Below are positions 1 to 10,357 of a stretch of DNA of 64,000 bases, piece after piece. A program made the translations under genes and the position numbers. Position 1 is the stretch's first letter. The number at the start of each line of letters is the position of its first letter. This stretch comes from Pirellulaceae bacterium (GTDB lineage Bacteria > Planctomycetota > Planctomycetia > Pirellulales > Pirellulaceae), in the NCBI GenBank assembly GCA_041749955.1, contig JBGTAI010000146.1, forward strand, positions 7,751 to 71,750, in the 5' to 3' direction. The notes beneath the pieces were generated by a model. That model was not told the DNA's origin and ran no database searches. It worked only from the letters and a program-made list of their open reading frames with translations.

Positions 1-31
1 TCCCGGACAAACGGAAGTCGAAGTCGCCGAT

Positions 32-529
32 ATGACGGGCGATGATATGCGGTTACAGGCGGAAGCCTATATCCGCGGAGTGCAAAACGCGATCGTTGAC
101 CTGATCGCCATTCGCGAACTTCTTGGTGCTCGCGTTCGCTTGCGTCTCAAGAAGAGCGAAATGAAGGAAGCGGAGGAACTCTTGGAGTTGCTACGAGCGG
201 AGCCCACCAACGAGAAAATTGCTGATGATATGGGCAAGAAGCAAACGGATTATTTGAAGATTCTCGGTAACGGCAACGCAAACCAGAGAAAGATGATCGA
301 CCAGATGTTCACGACCACGCGTGAATTGCTTTCCAAGCACATCAATCCCAAAATGATTCGCGACCTCGAAGACGACTTCATCGCTGCGAAAAAGAATGGT
401 GGCAAACTTCCCGAACCCCCGCCGGAAGACGATGGCACCACTGTCACGAGACCAGCCACAGCAAAAGAACCCGCGGCAAAGAAAGCACCTGCATCAACGG
501 AATCCGCGGAGCCTGCACCGACTTCTTGA
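32..529 (+). CDS. Hypothetical protein. The frame is open back to base 2, so this may be the 3' part of a longer gene.
   Basis: 165-aa ORF with a charged helical N-part and a Pro/Ala/Glu-rich tail (KEPAAKKAPASTESAEPAPTS). There is no stop in the codons between base 2 and the first ATG. No family recognised. Confidence 0.45.
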   Translation: MTGDDMRLQAEAYIRGVQNAIVDLIAIRELLGARVRLRLKKSEMKEAEELLELLRAEPTNEKIADDMGKKQTDYLKILGNGNANQRKMIDQMFTTTRELLSKHINPKMIRDLEDDFIAAKKNGGKLPEPPPEDDGTTVTRPATAKEPAAKKAPASTESAEPAPTS

Positions 530-741
530 CAAATGACAATCGATCGAATGTAGAGTCGATCGAGCAGAGACGTCGGTAAAAGACTTGAGGCGTTAGAGGA
601 CCACTATTTTTCAACTCACCTTTTTCACCAAGCTCCTCTTCACCACGCGATCCGAAAGCAATCAAGCGCGGACCAATCGACAAACGTCAGTAATCGTAGT
701 GAAAGAACATCTTCTCGAGTGAGCCGTTAGCGAACAACAAA

Positions 742-1572
742 TCACTGCAGCCCCAACTCTCGGCGAGCAGTGCGGACGGCGGCTTCGACAGCTCGAAGCT
801 TGCGGTAGAAACCGCGGCGCGTTCGGAATCGCTCCAGTGAGTTCTGGTACTTCAAGAAGTACATGAACGTCTCGGCGAAGTCTTCGCTTGCCATCGTTGT
901 GGCGTATTCCGTGGCGAAATCGTTCAGCATGTGCTGACGAATCAACGCCTGCTGTTCATCCGTTTCGCCTCGCTCCCATTGGCGAACGAAGCCAGACGTT
1001 TGGAACTTGCGACGTCGCCAAGTTTCGAGCGGCTTTGGGTTCAAATTGATATACGAGGCACCAAACGTCTCGATGAACCACGGCCGCCGAAAGAAACCTG
1101 GCTCAATCCAATGCCACGCATGTGCGAACTCATGACGCAGGGTATCCAGCAACGTATAGCCAGGTCGGTAGGCTCGGTGTGGCACATTGAGCGGAAGATA
1201 GATCACTCCAGGCTTGTATCCCATCCGCGCATCCAGCCAGTTAACGCCTTGGTCAAAGATGAATCCCGCTGTTGTTGTGCTCGGCCATGATGAGATGCAC
1301 ACTTCGACTTTGCCCAGGTACTCGTCGCCAGCCAACAAACCAATGTTTGCAAGCTCGTGCCGAACTCTTCGAAAGGCGCGTTTCACTCTTGGCAAATTCT
1401 CTGCTAATCCAGAGAGACGTGCATACGCTGCCACCGACCGACGCATCGATATCGGCACGGACTGACGTGTTACTCGACCACCAACTGACAAGGAACGCTC
1501 TGCGGAGGACACGGAAATACTCGAGGAACAAAGACCAAAATGGACATCGCCAGCACCCATTTGCTGACCCAT
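742..1572 (-). CDS. Putative zinc metallopeptidase-like protein (HExxH motif)
   Basis: 276-aa ORF containing TLRHEFAHAWHW (HEFAH = HExxH). The overlapping antisense ORFs look like shadow ORFs. The start codon is uncertain. Confidence 0.5.
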   Translation of the reverse strand: MGQQMGAGDVHFGLCSSSISVSSAERSLSVGGRVTRQSVPISMRRSVAAYARLSGLAENLPRVKRAFRRVRHELANIGLLAGDEYLGKVEVCISSWPSTTTAGFIFDQGVNWLDARMGYKPGVIYLPLNVPHRAYRPGYTLLDTLRHEFAHAWHWIEPGFFRRPWFIETFGASYINLNPKPLETWRRRKFQTSGFVRQWERGETDEQQALIRQHMLNDFATEYATTMASEDFAETFMYFLKYQNSLERFRTRRGFYRKLRAVEAAVRTARRELGLQ

Positions 1573-1818
1573 ACCATTGTGATTGCTCGACTCTCGGAAT
1601 ACGTCACCGATTCACGCAACTTAACAATCCACCCAAAAGGGTGTGGTCTAAAAAGTCTCGTAAAAACAGGCCTCTGTCGCGTCTATCGATTTGCGTCGAT
1701 GAAAAAAAACTATTGAGAACAACCCGTTGAGGGGGGCGACTCGCTTCGGGCACTCAACTGGCGACGTACCGGACCAAGGACTTCGTGGAGCGATCGGACG
1801 TGGGGAACGACGAGCTGT

Positions 1819-2193
1819 TTAGCGCCAGTCAGGTCGTTTTTTACGTGCGTTGGGGTGATGCCGAATGATCAAATGCGGCGCGTCTCGCCCGGACAATTTC
1901 TTGCCATCGGGTCGCTCCGAACGATAGACACGCGTTGCGCGAAGCTTCTTATCCGTCTCAAACAGCTCGTCATCGATTTCAAATTCGACGAACATATCGA
2001 TTTCGGGACGTGAGTAGGGATCATCGCAACGATCCCAAACGGTTCGGTGAAAGAAGACATCTTCGCGGAAGTCTTCTGCCGTGATGAAGCCAAATTCGCC
2101 GTCTTCGCGTATGAAGCGAATGCGTCCCAACCGCTTCTTTTGAACCCGAAACGGTTTCTTTGGCTGGTCGTCGTCTTGAGTTACTTTCGGCAT
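1819..2193 (-). CDS. Cold-shock domain (CSD) nucleic-acid-binding protein with basic extensions
   Basis: GRIRFIREDGEFGFITAEDFREDVFFHRTVW resembles the CspA RNP1/RNP2 pattern (GxGFI...DVFVH). Both termini are basic. Confidence 0.6.
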   Translation of the reverse strand: MPKVTQDDDQPKKPFRVQKKRLGRIRFIREDGEFGFITAEDFREDVFFHRTVWDRCDDPYSRPEIDMFVEFEIDDELFETDKKLRATRVYRSERPDGKKLSGRDAPHLIIRHHPNARKKRPDWR

Positions 2194-2239
2194 CGCATGC
2201 TTAGCGGGTTCTGAGGTGGATCGCGAATACCGAGTTTAA

Positions 2240-2839
2240 TCAGTTCACTTCCCAAGCGTTCGGATTGTCGGATGTTCCGATCCAAGAAGCCACGGATCTT
2301 GCCGTAGAGCGGTGAATTAGCCTAGGCCACATCTCGCGATCATTGGAAAAAACAACTTCTGCGGTGGCTGGAACAACGTGCCACAGGCCATCGTCCAACT
2401 CCTGTTGAAGCTCACCTTCTTTCCAGCCCAAGTGCCCAACGATGAGTCGCATCGGACCATTGGGTTGGGACACGAGCCCTTCGAGGTGATGTTTTTGAGC
2501 GGCAACGTAAATTCCCGGACCCGTTTCGGCTTCCGCGAACTGACTGGCGCTATGGATTGCCACAACCGGTCCAGACAGTGGTCCGCCGAAGTGGACAGTA
2601 CCCATACCGTTGGGCAACGGCGATGCGGGCTTTGGAAGCCGGTTCTTTTCTGACGAATCGGAATCCTTGCCAAGCATTGCCAAAAGGGCGTCTGGGTTAG
2701 GAGCGAGCGGACGATTGAGCATCACACCAATGGCGCCATCGCCATCGTGATGCACGAGCAAACACACGCTATTGGAACGAACCGAGTCCTGAACCAGCGT
2801 GGACGCCACCAACAAGTTACCCGCCAAAGAATCGATCAT
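2240..2839 (-). CDS. YqgE/AlgH family protein (UPF0301)
   Basis: GAIGVMLNRP plus FGGPLSGPVVAIH and GHLGWKEGELQQEL match the family pattern. The ATG at 2839 (MIDSLAGNLLVA...) fits the usual N-terminus, and the ORF also extends in frame to 2899. Confidence 0.75.
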   Translation of the reverse strand: MIDSLAGNLLVASTLVQDSVRSNSVCLLVHHDGDGAIGVMLNRPLAPNPDALLAMLGKDSDSSEKNRLPKPASPLPNGMGTVHFGGPLSGPVVAIHSASQFAEAETGPGIYVAAQKHHLEGLVSQPNGPMRLIVGHLGWKEGELQQELDDGLWHVVPATAEVVFSNDREMWPRLIHRSTARSVASWIGTSDNPNAWEVN

Positions 2840-2960
2840 TGATTGTCCTAGTAAACACAAACACACTGCCACACTGGCAGTAAGTATTTCGTCACTCACT
2901 AGTAAGGCAAGCGGCGCGCCAAATTGCCTTCATCCGTGGCGGATTCCGAGGACTTGAGCA

Positions 2961-5474
2961 TCAAAGCATGTCGATCGGATCGATATCGACGACGTATTGA
3001 ATGTCGTCCTTCTCAGGAATCACAAAGTTGTCCGTTGCTCGACGGATGGTCTCACCCAGTGGCCCAGCCTGTGGCGACTGGAGCAGAACGTGAAAGCGGT
3101 ATTTACCTCGCAGCTTGGCAAACGGCGGCGGGGCAGGGCCCAGGATCCGAACCTCCGCGCCCAACGTCGTCCGCGCAGCCTCCAAACGCGTGACAAAGTT
3201 TGCTGCCGTCGCTTCAGTCAACTCCTCAGTCGGCCCGCGGAAAATGATTCTCGCGACGCTTCCCAGTGGCGGATAGCGGAACTTTTCCCGGTTGACCATC
3301 TCATCTTCGGCAAAACGAGTGTAATCGTGATGCGACGCGGCCTGGATCGCCGGGTGCTCGGGCGAGAACGTCTGCACGATCACGCGACCGCCGCGATCGC
3401 CGCGGCCCGTCCGACCAGCCACTTGAGTGACCAATTGGAACGTCCGCTCCGAAGCTCGAAAATCAGGGAAGTGCAGGGCGGAGTCCGCGTTGATCACGCC
3501 GACGAGCAGCACGTTGGGAAAATCCAGCCCTTTGGCAATCATTTGCGTGCCCAACAAGATATCGACCTCGCCAGCACGAAACGCTGCCAGCACGCGTTGG
3601 TGGCTGCCCGGTCGTTTCATGGTGTCGCTATCCATTCTCGCGATCACCGCTTTGGGAAAACGCGACTTCACTTCGTCCTCAAGACGCTGTGTTCCAAGGC
3701 CGCTGTAACGGATCCCGTCGAACCGACACATCGGACACCAAGGCGGCGTGGGAATCGTGAAGTCGCAAAAGTGACAAACTGCTTTTCCTCCGTCACGATG
3801 GTGCGTGAGCGGCATGTCACAATCCGGACAAGCCACGACGTGACCACACGAAGGGCACTGGATCGATGTTGCAAAACCTCGTCGGTTGAGCAGAAGTATT
3901 GTTTGTCCTTTCTCAGCCAACGTCTCGTTGATGGCAGTATGCAACGGACGACTGATCGAACCGCCCGTGCGATCATCACGAACTCGCAAGTCCACCAATT
4001 GCACATCAGGCATCGCACGATTTTCAATGCGACTATTCATACGAATCAGCTGTGCATGCCCCGTCCGACTGGCGTACCACGACTCAAGCGATGGCGTCGC
4101 ACTTCCGAGGACCAGCGGAATTTTAAGAGACATCGCGCGGGCGTGTGCGACACGCCGAGCGTGATATCGAGGCTGGGTGTCCTGTTTGAAAGACGCATCG
4201 TGTTCTTCATCGATCACGATCAAGCCGAGGCGGGGCAGGGGGGCGAAGATGGCGCTGCGGGGACCGATTACAACTTGGACCTCGCCGTCGCGAATCCGTC
4301 GCCATTGAAAATGCCGTTCCGCGGGCGTCATTTGACTGTGTAGCACTGCCACGTTGTCGAAACGACGTTCAAAGCGTCCGCGAGTCTGGGGCGTGAGACT
4401 GATTTCGGGAACCAACACGATCGCGCTGCGACCAAACTTGACCACGTGCTCGATCGCTTGAATGTAGACCTCCGTCTTGCCGCTGCCGGTGACACCGTGC
4501 AGCAACAACGCGCTGCCGGTACCCGCATCAATCGCCGCGTCGATCTTCGCGAGGGCATCGAGTTGCTCTTGCGTGAGTTCGTGTTTCGAATTGAGTTCAC
4601 CATCACCGGTTTGCCATCGAAGCGTGGTCGTTGACGAACTCATCTCACGACGCTGCTCGGGTATCAGCAATTGTTTCTTTCTCAACCGGCGAATCGGGTC
4701 CTCGGTACACTCCGCTCGAATCATCAACTCCGCTGCCGTGAGCGGTTGCTTGTGCTCGATCGCGAGCTGCATCACCGCCCGCTGTTTGGCCGGTAACGAT
4801 TGCAGTGTTTCGTCGCTACACGCGTTGGCATTCACATGCAAGTACGTTCGCATTCGAGTTCCCGCGTCCCCGCGGACGCTCGACGGAACGATCGCATCGA
4901 ACACATGCCCAACGGGAGTTTGGTAATAGTGGCTCATCCAAAGCACCAACCGCACCAAGGATGCATCGCATAGCGGCTCGTCATCGACGAGTTCCGCAAT
5001 AGGCCGCAAACCCGGCTTCGACTTAGCATCGAATTTCGTAGCGATACACCATCCAGGCATCAGTTTCTTGCGTCGCCCCAATGGAACACGAACTCGCATC
5101 CCAGGCTCCAATTGGTCCCGCATCTCCGACGGAATCTCATAGTCGTACGGCCCATGCGGCGCTTCGCTGAATACGATCTGGGCGGTCGCCGTGTCCTCGC
5201 CAACGGTCAACTCCCACGGGGGAGGTTGCGTCTCAAACAACTCGATCTGCGTCGAGTGAGCCGATTCCGCCGGCGCATCAGCATGTGCATCAGCGGCGGA
5301 ATCGTACCGATCCAACGGATTCGCCCCGAGTTCCTCAGGCAAATTGGCGTCCGGATCGCTGTACGGTCGACGAGGCTCACTTGGAGGCATAAAACAATCG
5401 CCTACCGGCAACGGGTCTCCGACCAGCTCGGGAAAACCGAGCGGCTGGGCTAATGAATCATTGCCTGTCACCAT
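2961..5474 (-). CDS. priA: Primosomal protein N' (replication restart helicase PriA)
   Basis: Walker A LLHGVTGSGKTEVY, DEEH box (VIDEEHD), Cys-rich zinc cluster CPSCGHVVACPDCDMPLTHH...CHFCDF...CPMC, and a length of 837 aa. Confidence 0.95.
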   Translation of the reverse strand: MVTGNDSLAQPLGFPELVGDPLPVGDCFMPPSEPRRPYSDPDANLPEELGANPLDRYDSAADAHADAPAESAHSTQIELFETQPPPWELTVGEDTATAQIVFSEAPHGPYDYEIPSEMRDQLEPGMRVRVPLGRRKKLMPGWCIATKFDAKSKPGLRPIAELVDDEPLCDASLVRLVLWMSHYYQTPVGHVFDAIVPSSVRGDAGTRMRTYLHVNANACSDETLQSLPAKQRAVMQLAIEHKQPLTAAELMIRAECTEDPIRRLRKKQLLIPEQRREMSSSTTTLRWQTGDGELNSKHELTQEQLDALAKIDAAIDAGTGSALLLHGVTGSGKTEVYIQAIEHVVKFGRSAIVLVPEISLTPQTRGRFERRFDNVAVLHSQMTPAERHFQWRRIRDGEVQVVIGPRSAIFAPLPRLGLIVIDEEHDASFKQDTQPRYHARRVAHARAMSLKIPLVLGSATPSLESWYASRTGHAQLIRMNSRIENRAMPDVQLVDLRVRDDRTGGSISRPLHTAINETLAEKGQTILLLNRRGFATSIQCPSCGHVVACPDCDMPLTHHRDGGKAVCHFCDFTIPTPPWCPMCRFDGIRYSGLGTQRLEDEVKSRFPKAVIARMDSDTMKRPGSHQRVLAAFRAGEVDILLGTQMIAKGLDFPNVLLVGVINADSALHFPDFRASERTFQLVTQVAGRTGRGDRGGRVIVQTFSPEHPAIQAASHHDYTRFAEDEMVNREKFRYPPLGSVARIIFRGPTEELTEATAANFVTRLEAARTTLGAEVRILGPAPPPFAKLRGKYRFHVLLQSPQAGPLGETIRRATDNFVIPEKDDIQYVVDIDPIDML

Positions 5475-5667
5475 AATCGTTTTTCAATCTTGAAGGGATT
5501 GGGCGGCTACCGGAACCTGGATCGGCAGCAGACCCTGTGGTTGGCGTCCGACCTTGAAGTGGGCATCCAAGCGAAAAATTCGGATCTATGGCTATGTTCG
5601 AGTTTTGGTGTGACACGTTTGGTCACTCCGAACTCAGTTATTTGAGAAAATTTGAGCTACGAAAGAC

Positions 5668-6294
5668 TTGAGGCAAAACTTGCAAATCGGCGTATTTGGC
5701 GGATCGTTTGATCCAGTGCATTTGGGGCACCTTTGGGTTGCCGAAGCGGCCGCAGAGTCGCTCGGCTTGGACCAAGTTCGATGGCTACCGACGGCAACAT
5801 CGCCACTGAAGCGAAATGGACCAATCGCTCCATCCGAAACTCGACTGCAAATGCTGAAACTCGCATTGGCCGGGTCGCCAGTTCACGTGGTTGACGACCG
5901 CGAATTGAAGCGAGGCGATATTAGCTTCACCGTCGACACGCTTGAGTCACTGCGAGAGGAGTTTCCGCAAGACGAGTTCGTCTTGATCATTGGAAGCGAT
6001 TCACTGGCAACGTTTGACCAATGGCGATCACCCGCACAAATCCTGACTCTCGCAAAACTGGCGGTCGTCCAGCGCGGGGGCGACCCGCCAATCGACTGGT
6101 CCATTCTTGATGGAATCTGTGACGCATCACAGCGCGACCCACAGCGATTGCTGAGCCTATCCGTTCCCGCGATCGAAATCTCAAGCAGCGACCTGCGAAA
6201 CCGACTCCGAGATGGCCGCTCCATCCGCTACCGAACACCACGTTCGGTGGAAGCCATGCTGGAATCCGAAAAGCTGTACCGCGCGGAAACGTAA
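5668..6294 (+). CDS. nadD: Nicotinate-nucleotide adenylyltransferase
   Basis: The N-terminal GVFGGSFDPVHLGHL (GxFxPxHxGH) is the nucleotidyltransferase signature, and ISSSDLR lies near the C-terminus. The start is TTG (5668, or the TTG at 5680). Confidence 0.9.
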   Translation: MRQNLQIGVFGGSFDPVHLGHLWVAEAAAESLGLDQVRWLPTATSPLKRNGPIAPSETRLQMLKLALAGSPVHVVDDRELKRGDISFTVDTLESLREEFPQDEFVLIIGSDSLATFDQWRSPAQILTLAKLAVVQRGGDPPIDWSILDGICDASQRDPQRLLSLSVPAIEISSSDLRNRLRDGRSIRYRTPRSVEAMLESEKLYRAET

Positions 6295-6349
6295 CCGAAG
6301 TCGCTGGCAGGAAACTTCCTGGCATGAAACTTAAAGACTGGTACGAAAC

Positions 6350-6943
6350 TTAAAGATTCGCGACAGCGTCAGCCAATCGCGTGGTTTCGTCGACGAGCTG
6401 ATCCACGCGAGCTTGGATTGCATCATCGGCAAGCTGACTGCCTTCGAATGCGTCTCCTGTGGCATAGATAAAACGTGGTACGATGATGCAACGAAAATCA
6501 AGCATCAGACTGTTCGCTAGTCCCATCGCAGACATGTAGCTGCCTTGGCCACCGGCCGCCAACATCATGGAGACGACCTTGCCGGTCCACGCTCGTCCAG
6601 TGAGCTCAACGGCATTCTTAGCAGCAGCGTTGACGTCGTAGTTATAGACGGGCGAAGCAACAAGGATGCCCTTTGCCTCGCGGATGAGCCGACCCAGCTC
6701 AACCACGTTTGGATGCGAGTAGGCAGATAGACCGTCACATGGCGGTAGGGGCGAAACGGCCAAGTCGAAAAGCACGCTCTCGCGACCGATTTGAGTCAAT
6801 CGATCATGACAAGCCGTGGCGAGAATCCGACTACGGCTGTCCGGATGCAAACTGGAGCTGAGGACCAAAAACATAACGTGGCTCGTTTCGACGAATTGGT
6901 TTGGATCGAACCCTACTGTGTTGGCTCGATCGTCATTACTCAA
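6350..6943 (-). CDS. NAD(P)H-dependent FMN reductase family protein
   Basis: MFLVLSSSLHPDSRSR...VASPVYNYDVNAAAKNAVE is the flavodoxin-like FMN_red pattern. The more likely start is the ATG at 6874. Confidence 0.7.
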   Translation of the reverse strand: MSNDDRANTVGFDPNQFVETSHVMFLVLSSSLHPDSRSRILATACHDRLTQIGRESVLFDLAVSPLPPCDGLSAYSHPNVVELGRLIREAKGILVASPVYNYDVNAAAKNAVELTGRAWTGKVVSMMLAAGGQGSYMSAMGLANSLMLDFRCIIVPRFIYATGDAFEGSQLADDAIQARVDQLVDETTRLADAVANL

Positions 6944-7003
6944 ATCGTCGCAAAAGCCATAGCGTCTGTCGAGGATGGTGTTGGTCGAGGAAGCGAACGT
7001 CGC

Positions 7004-7708
7004 TTACCAACGATCAGCAGCACTGCCTTCTTCGAGACCGAAACGATTTCGAATCACATTGAACTGATCAAAGTACTTTTCACTGCTGCTATGCACGTGT
7101 TCGGCTTCTGTGATGAAGCGAATGGACGGATCCGGATAGACGTCGTTTTCGATCAAGATCGTTTCGAACGGCTTGAGCGGCTGGCCATACATGACAAGCA
7201 TCTTGTGTTCGTCGAGCTGGACTTCTTGGCGTTTGGATGGATTGATCACGGCAACGCCGGTACAGCCATCGTTGACGATCAGATCTTCGTATTCAAGCAG
7301 CAAGCTCTTGAGCACCGGCATATCGATGTGTTCGCGATACAAGTCTTCGTGCCGCGGCCCCGATTGGTGGCTGGTCTCGAGCACCACGTCCACGACGTCA
7401 CCGAGTGGCTCGATCAATTCGAGGAAAATATCGAACAGCTGGCGACGAGTCGCCGCCGCCATGATGACCGGAATACTCTCACCGGAAGTTTCATCCACGT
7501 ATTCGTCGTGTCGAAAACCTTGGCGTGGAACAATCTGAAGATCGTATGAGGGACGCACAGCATCCGTTAGCTCAAAGGCACCATAGGTTTTGATACCCAT
7601 GTGTGTCTGGAGTTCTTCGTCGGTCAACGACTCGAAGCTACCCGCAGCCAATTGGCGAGCGGTCTCTTCAGTTGGGTTACCGCGAAGGATTTTCTTGAGA
7701 AAGCCCAT
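7004..7708 (-). CDS. Hypothetical protein
   Basis: 234-aa ORF with natural-looking composition, co-directional with the downstream FMN reductase gene. Preferred over the overlapping + strand ORF 6791-7549. No family recognised. Confidence 0.5.
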   Translation of the reverse strand: MGFLKKILRGNPTEETARQLAAGSFESLTDEELQTHMGIKTYGAFELTDAVRPSYDLQIVPRQGFRHDEYVDETSGESIPVIMAAATRRQLFDIFLELIEPLGDVVDVVLETSHQSGPRHEDLYREHIDMPVLKSLLLEYEDLIVNDGCTGVAVINPSKRQEVQLDEHKMLVMYGQPLKPFETILIENDVYPDPSIRFITEAEHVHSSSEKYFDQFNVIRNRFGLEEGSAADRW

Positions 7709-8178
7709 GAGCGAATCTCGGTCTCGTGCTGGAAAGGTGGGGTGTTCAATTTCAGTTAGGCCGATGCCTTGAGACTTTGCTTAAAATCTCGATTACACCC
7801 AACGTTAGGTCACCGAAGAATCGCAGGCCGCGCCGACCTAGCGCCCTACATGTTTCCTGAGCAAAAGTACCGTCGCAGCCTGCTACAGTCGCCCTAATCG
7901 GCATTTCCGTTAGATTCCAAGCAACCAGACGCCGTCCCAGTACGTCCTATCGAAAAAGGCCCTAAGCTCCAGGCTTGATGCCGGATATAATCGGAAAACC
8001 GGCGTTTTGAGCGTGTTTTTGAAGACATTTGACTTCGCAACCTTGTCGAACCAGCGGCCAAATTCCATGGAAGCGATTGGTTTGACGGTGTGTTGACGAA
8101 AATTCGACCCATTTCTTCAATCACGTTCAATTCACATTGCGAGCTGGAAACTATCCCAAGTGACGTCCAATTGGTTAC

Positions 8179-9831
8179 ATGAATTTGCCTCGTCCGTTGT
8201 CGATTCTCCTTCTCGTCAGCATCGTTTTGCATGCTGGCTGTGACATCCCCAAACGTCCACCGCTGACCGAGCGGTTGGAGCGCCCGCGATATGACTCTGA
8301 GGACCTAACAGCGCCGGCGACACTCCAATCGGACACCAACCCAGTCGCCCCCACGTTCGAGCCTCCTGAAGCACCGCTGGTCGATAACTGGGAAACCTGG
8401 AACGCTTACTACAGCGATGGTAAGCACATTGGATTTGGGCATATCTCCGCAAAGCGTCTGAGCGATTCCCCAAGTGCAGACACCCCGCATGCAGATGTCC
8501 AATACACCATTAAAGACCATCTTCTACTGAGCGTTGGCCAGTCCATTGTTCAGCAAGTGCTTCATCACGAAAGCATCGAAAGTTCGACCGGACAGCTAAA
8601 GGGATTTAGAGCAAGCCAAAGTGTTGGTCCGCTGGCGACTCAATTCACCGCATCAGTCGAGAACAACGAACTAACAGTCGTGACTCGACGTGGCTTCACC
8701 GAGTCCACACAAAAAATCAGATGGGAGCCAACGTATCGAGGCTTGGTCGCGGTTGAGCAATCGCTCAATCGTTCGCCGATGAAGACCGGCGAAGTTCGCT
8801 TGCTCCAAACGCTGCTGCCAGTCCAACACCGAATTGCCACAGTTCGACTGGTTGGCGGCACGAACGCTTCCGCACCGCTCTTAGGAGGTAAATCGAGCGA
8901 ACTACTTGAAATTTCTGGCCAAATCTCAGTCGACGAAAACTACTCGGATATCGTTCTTTGGACCGACGACTCTGGGACCATGCTCAAAAGCTACACGGAA
9001 GCTTTAGGGCTATTGGCGTTCCGCACCGACGAAGCAACAGCGACAGCGGATATCCAACCAATGTCGGGCCCGGCTTCGGGAGTCACACTAAGCGTTACTG
9101 GAATCATTGAACGTCCCAACGAGGCAAAGCGAACCGCGTTCATCATCAAGAAACCCAAGCCGAGAAGATCACGAAAACCGATCGACGCTGTTTCAACGCT
9201 GGAAATTGCGATGATCCCCGGCCAAGCCCAGCGAAGAATTTCTGACGATACGTTGCAAGTCTTGGTCAGCCTTGATTCCGCAGCAAACGTGCCCAATTTT
9301 GTTACCGCAGATTTAGGGGTTTCCGATTCAGACACACGCCCCAGCGCTTTGATCGATTTCCAGTCAGCGTTAGTTCGTCGCTTTCAATCCGCCGCTTCGA
9401 TAACTGGACTGAACGAACGAGAGACGGCCCTCGAAATGGCTCGTACCGCAAAGGGTGTGCTTGAGATGTCGCAGCAGTGCTTGGGGCTCACAAAAGCGTC
9501 GGAAGTTGCCCAAGCTGGCGTAGCAGACTCTACGGGACACGCCGTGCTGCTGGCGGCGTTGCTTCGAGCGAGCAACATCCCAGCGCGCATTGTTGGAGGC
9601 TTGATCTTTGACGATGCAAAGTCAACGACGATGAAGTACCACGCTTGGACACTTGCTCATGTGAACGGTACTTGGATACCACTGGATGCGACGCTTGGTG
9701 GTGAAGCGCCATCCAACCGAATCGCGTTAATGAACAGCGACTTCAACGACAAAAACGCCGAAGCGGATATCGTTGCCTTGATACGAAAAATTGGCGAACT
9801 GCAAATCGAGATCGCTCGCTCTCAGTACTAA
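8179..9831 (+). CDS. Transglutaminase-like domain lipoprotein
   Basis: Lipoprotein signal MNLPRPLSILLLVSIVLHAGC. The C-terminal transglutaminase-core pattern is ...DSTGHAVLLAALLRASNIPARIVGG...YHAWTLAHVNGTWIPLDAT, with His and Asp retained and the nucleophile position occupied by Ser. Confidence 0.7.
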   Translation: MNLPRPLSILLLVSIVLHAGCDIPKRPPLTERLERPRYDSEDLTAPATLQSDTNPVAPTFEPPEAPLVDNWETWNAYYSDGKHIGFGHISAKRLSDSPSADTPHADVQYTIKDHLLLSVGQSIVQQVLHHESIESSTGQLKGFRASQSVGPLATQFTASVENNELTVVTRRGFTESTQKIRWEPTYRGLVAVEQSLNRSPMKTGEVRLLQTLLPVQHRIATVRLVGGTNASAPLLGGKSSELLEISGQISVDENYSDIVLWTDDSGTMLKSYTEALGLLAFRTDEATATADIQPMSGPASGVTLSVTGIIERPNEAKRTAFIIKKPKPRRSRKPIDAVSTLEIAMIPGQAQRRISDDTLQVLVSLDSAANVPNFVTADLGVSDSDTRPSALIDFQSALVRRFQSAASITGLNERETALEMARTAKGVLEMSQQCLGLTKASEVAQAGVADSTGHAVLLAALLRASNIPARIVGGLIFDDAKSTTMKYHAWTLAHVNGTWIPLDATLGGEAPSNRIALMNSDFNDKNAEADIVALIRKIGELQIEIARSQY

Positions 9832-9877
9832 AACGCTGACGCACACATACGATTTGCGACCGCGATTCAACGGACAG

Positions 9878-10357
9878 CTAGAGCTTCCAGTGTTCCTGAA
9901 CTGCCGCAAGTAACGGATCAATCGTCTGGGACTGGATTTGGTGAGGCGGATTCCAGTCAAACCAAGTGAAGCCGTCGTGCTCCGTCAGCGTCAACGCAGG
10001 TATCGACTCCAAGTAGCCCAAGTAGTATCGCACAACTTTGTTGAAGACGCGGGAACCGGTGCTTCGATACGTCACCGGATACGTCATCTCAAACTGAAAA
10101 ACTTCATCAACCACGATGCTCCCAGGAGGAATCCCAGTTTCTTCTTCTGTTTCTCGCATCGCCGCTTCAAGAAACGACTCACCCTCTTCGCAATGCCCTT
10201 TTGGCAAATCCCAACGCTTGGGGTGTCGAAGCAACAGAAATTTTGTTGACGGTGTTCGGCAAACCAACAACATCCCAGCGGCTCGGACGGTCGACACGTT
10301 TTCATCAGTGGGTGCAGGCAATGAACTGTCTTGAAAAATGAAGATGCGAGAAAACAA
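9878..10357 (-). CDS. NUDIX hydrolase
   Basis: Complete Nudix box GHCEEGESFLEAAMRETEEETGI (Gx5Ex7REUxEExGU). Confidence 0.85.
   Translation of the reverse strand: MFSRIFIFQDSSLPAPTDENVSTVRAAGMLLVCRTPSTKFLLLRHPKRWDLPKGHCEEGESFLEAAMRETEEETGIPPGSIVVDEVFQFEMTYPVTYRSTGSRVFNKVVRYYLGYLESIPALTLTEHDGFTWFDWNPPHQIQSQTIDPLLAAVQEHWKL

Noticed and set aside
2997-4343. 448-aa ORF on the + strand, antisense to priA
   Set aside because: It lies entirely inside the well-supported priA CDS. Its Arg/Ser/His-rich composition is typical of a shadow ORF in GC-rich coding DNA, and it has no motifs.
6791-7549. 252-aa + strand ORF
   Set aside because: It overlaps two better minus-strand ORFs (the FMN reductase and the 234-aa protein). 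Its composition (runs of F/V/H/D) looks like antisense translation.
7894-8232. 112-aa minus-strand ORF in the 470-bp gap
   Set aside because: It overlaps the start of the lipoprotein gene and has no recognisable features. It is retained only as part of the unexplained intergenic region.
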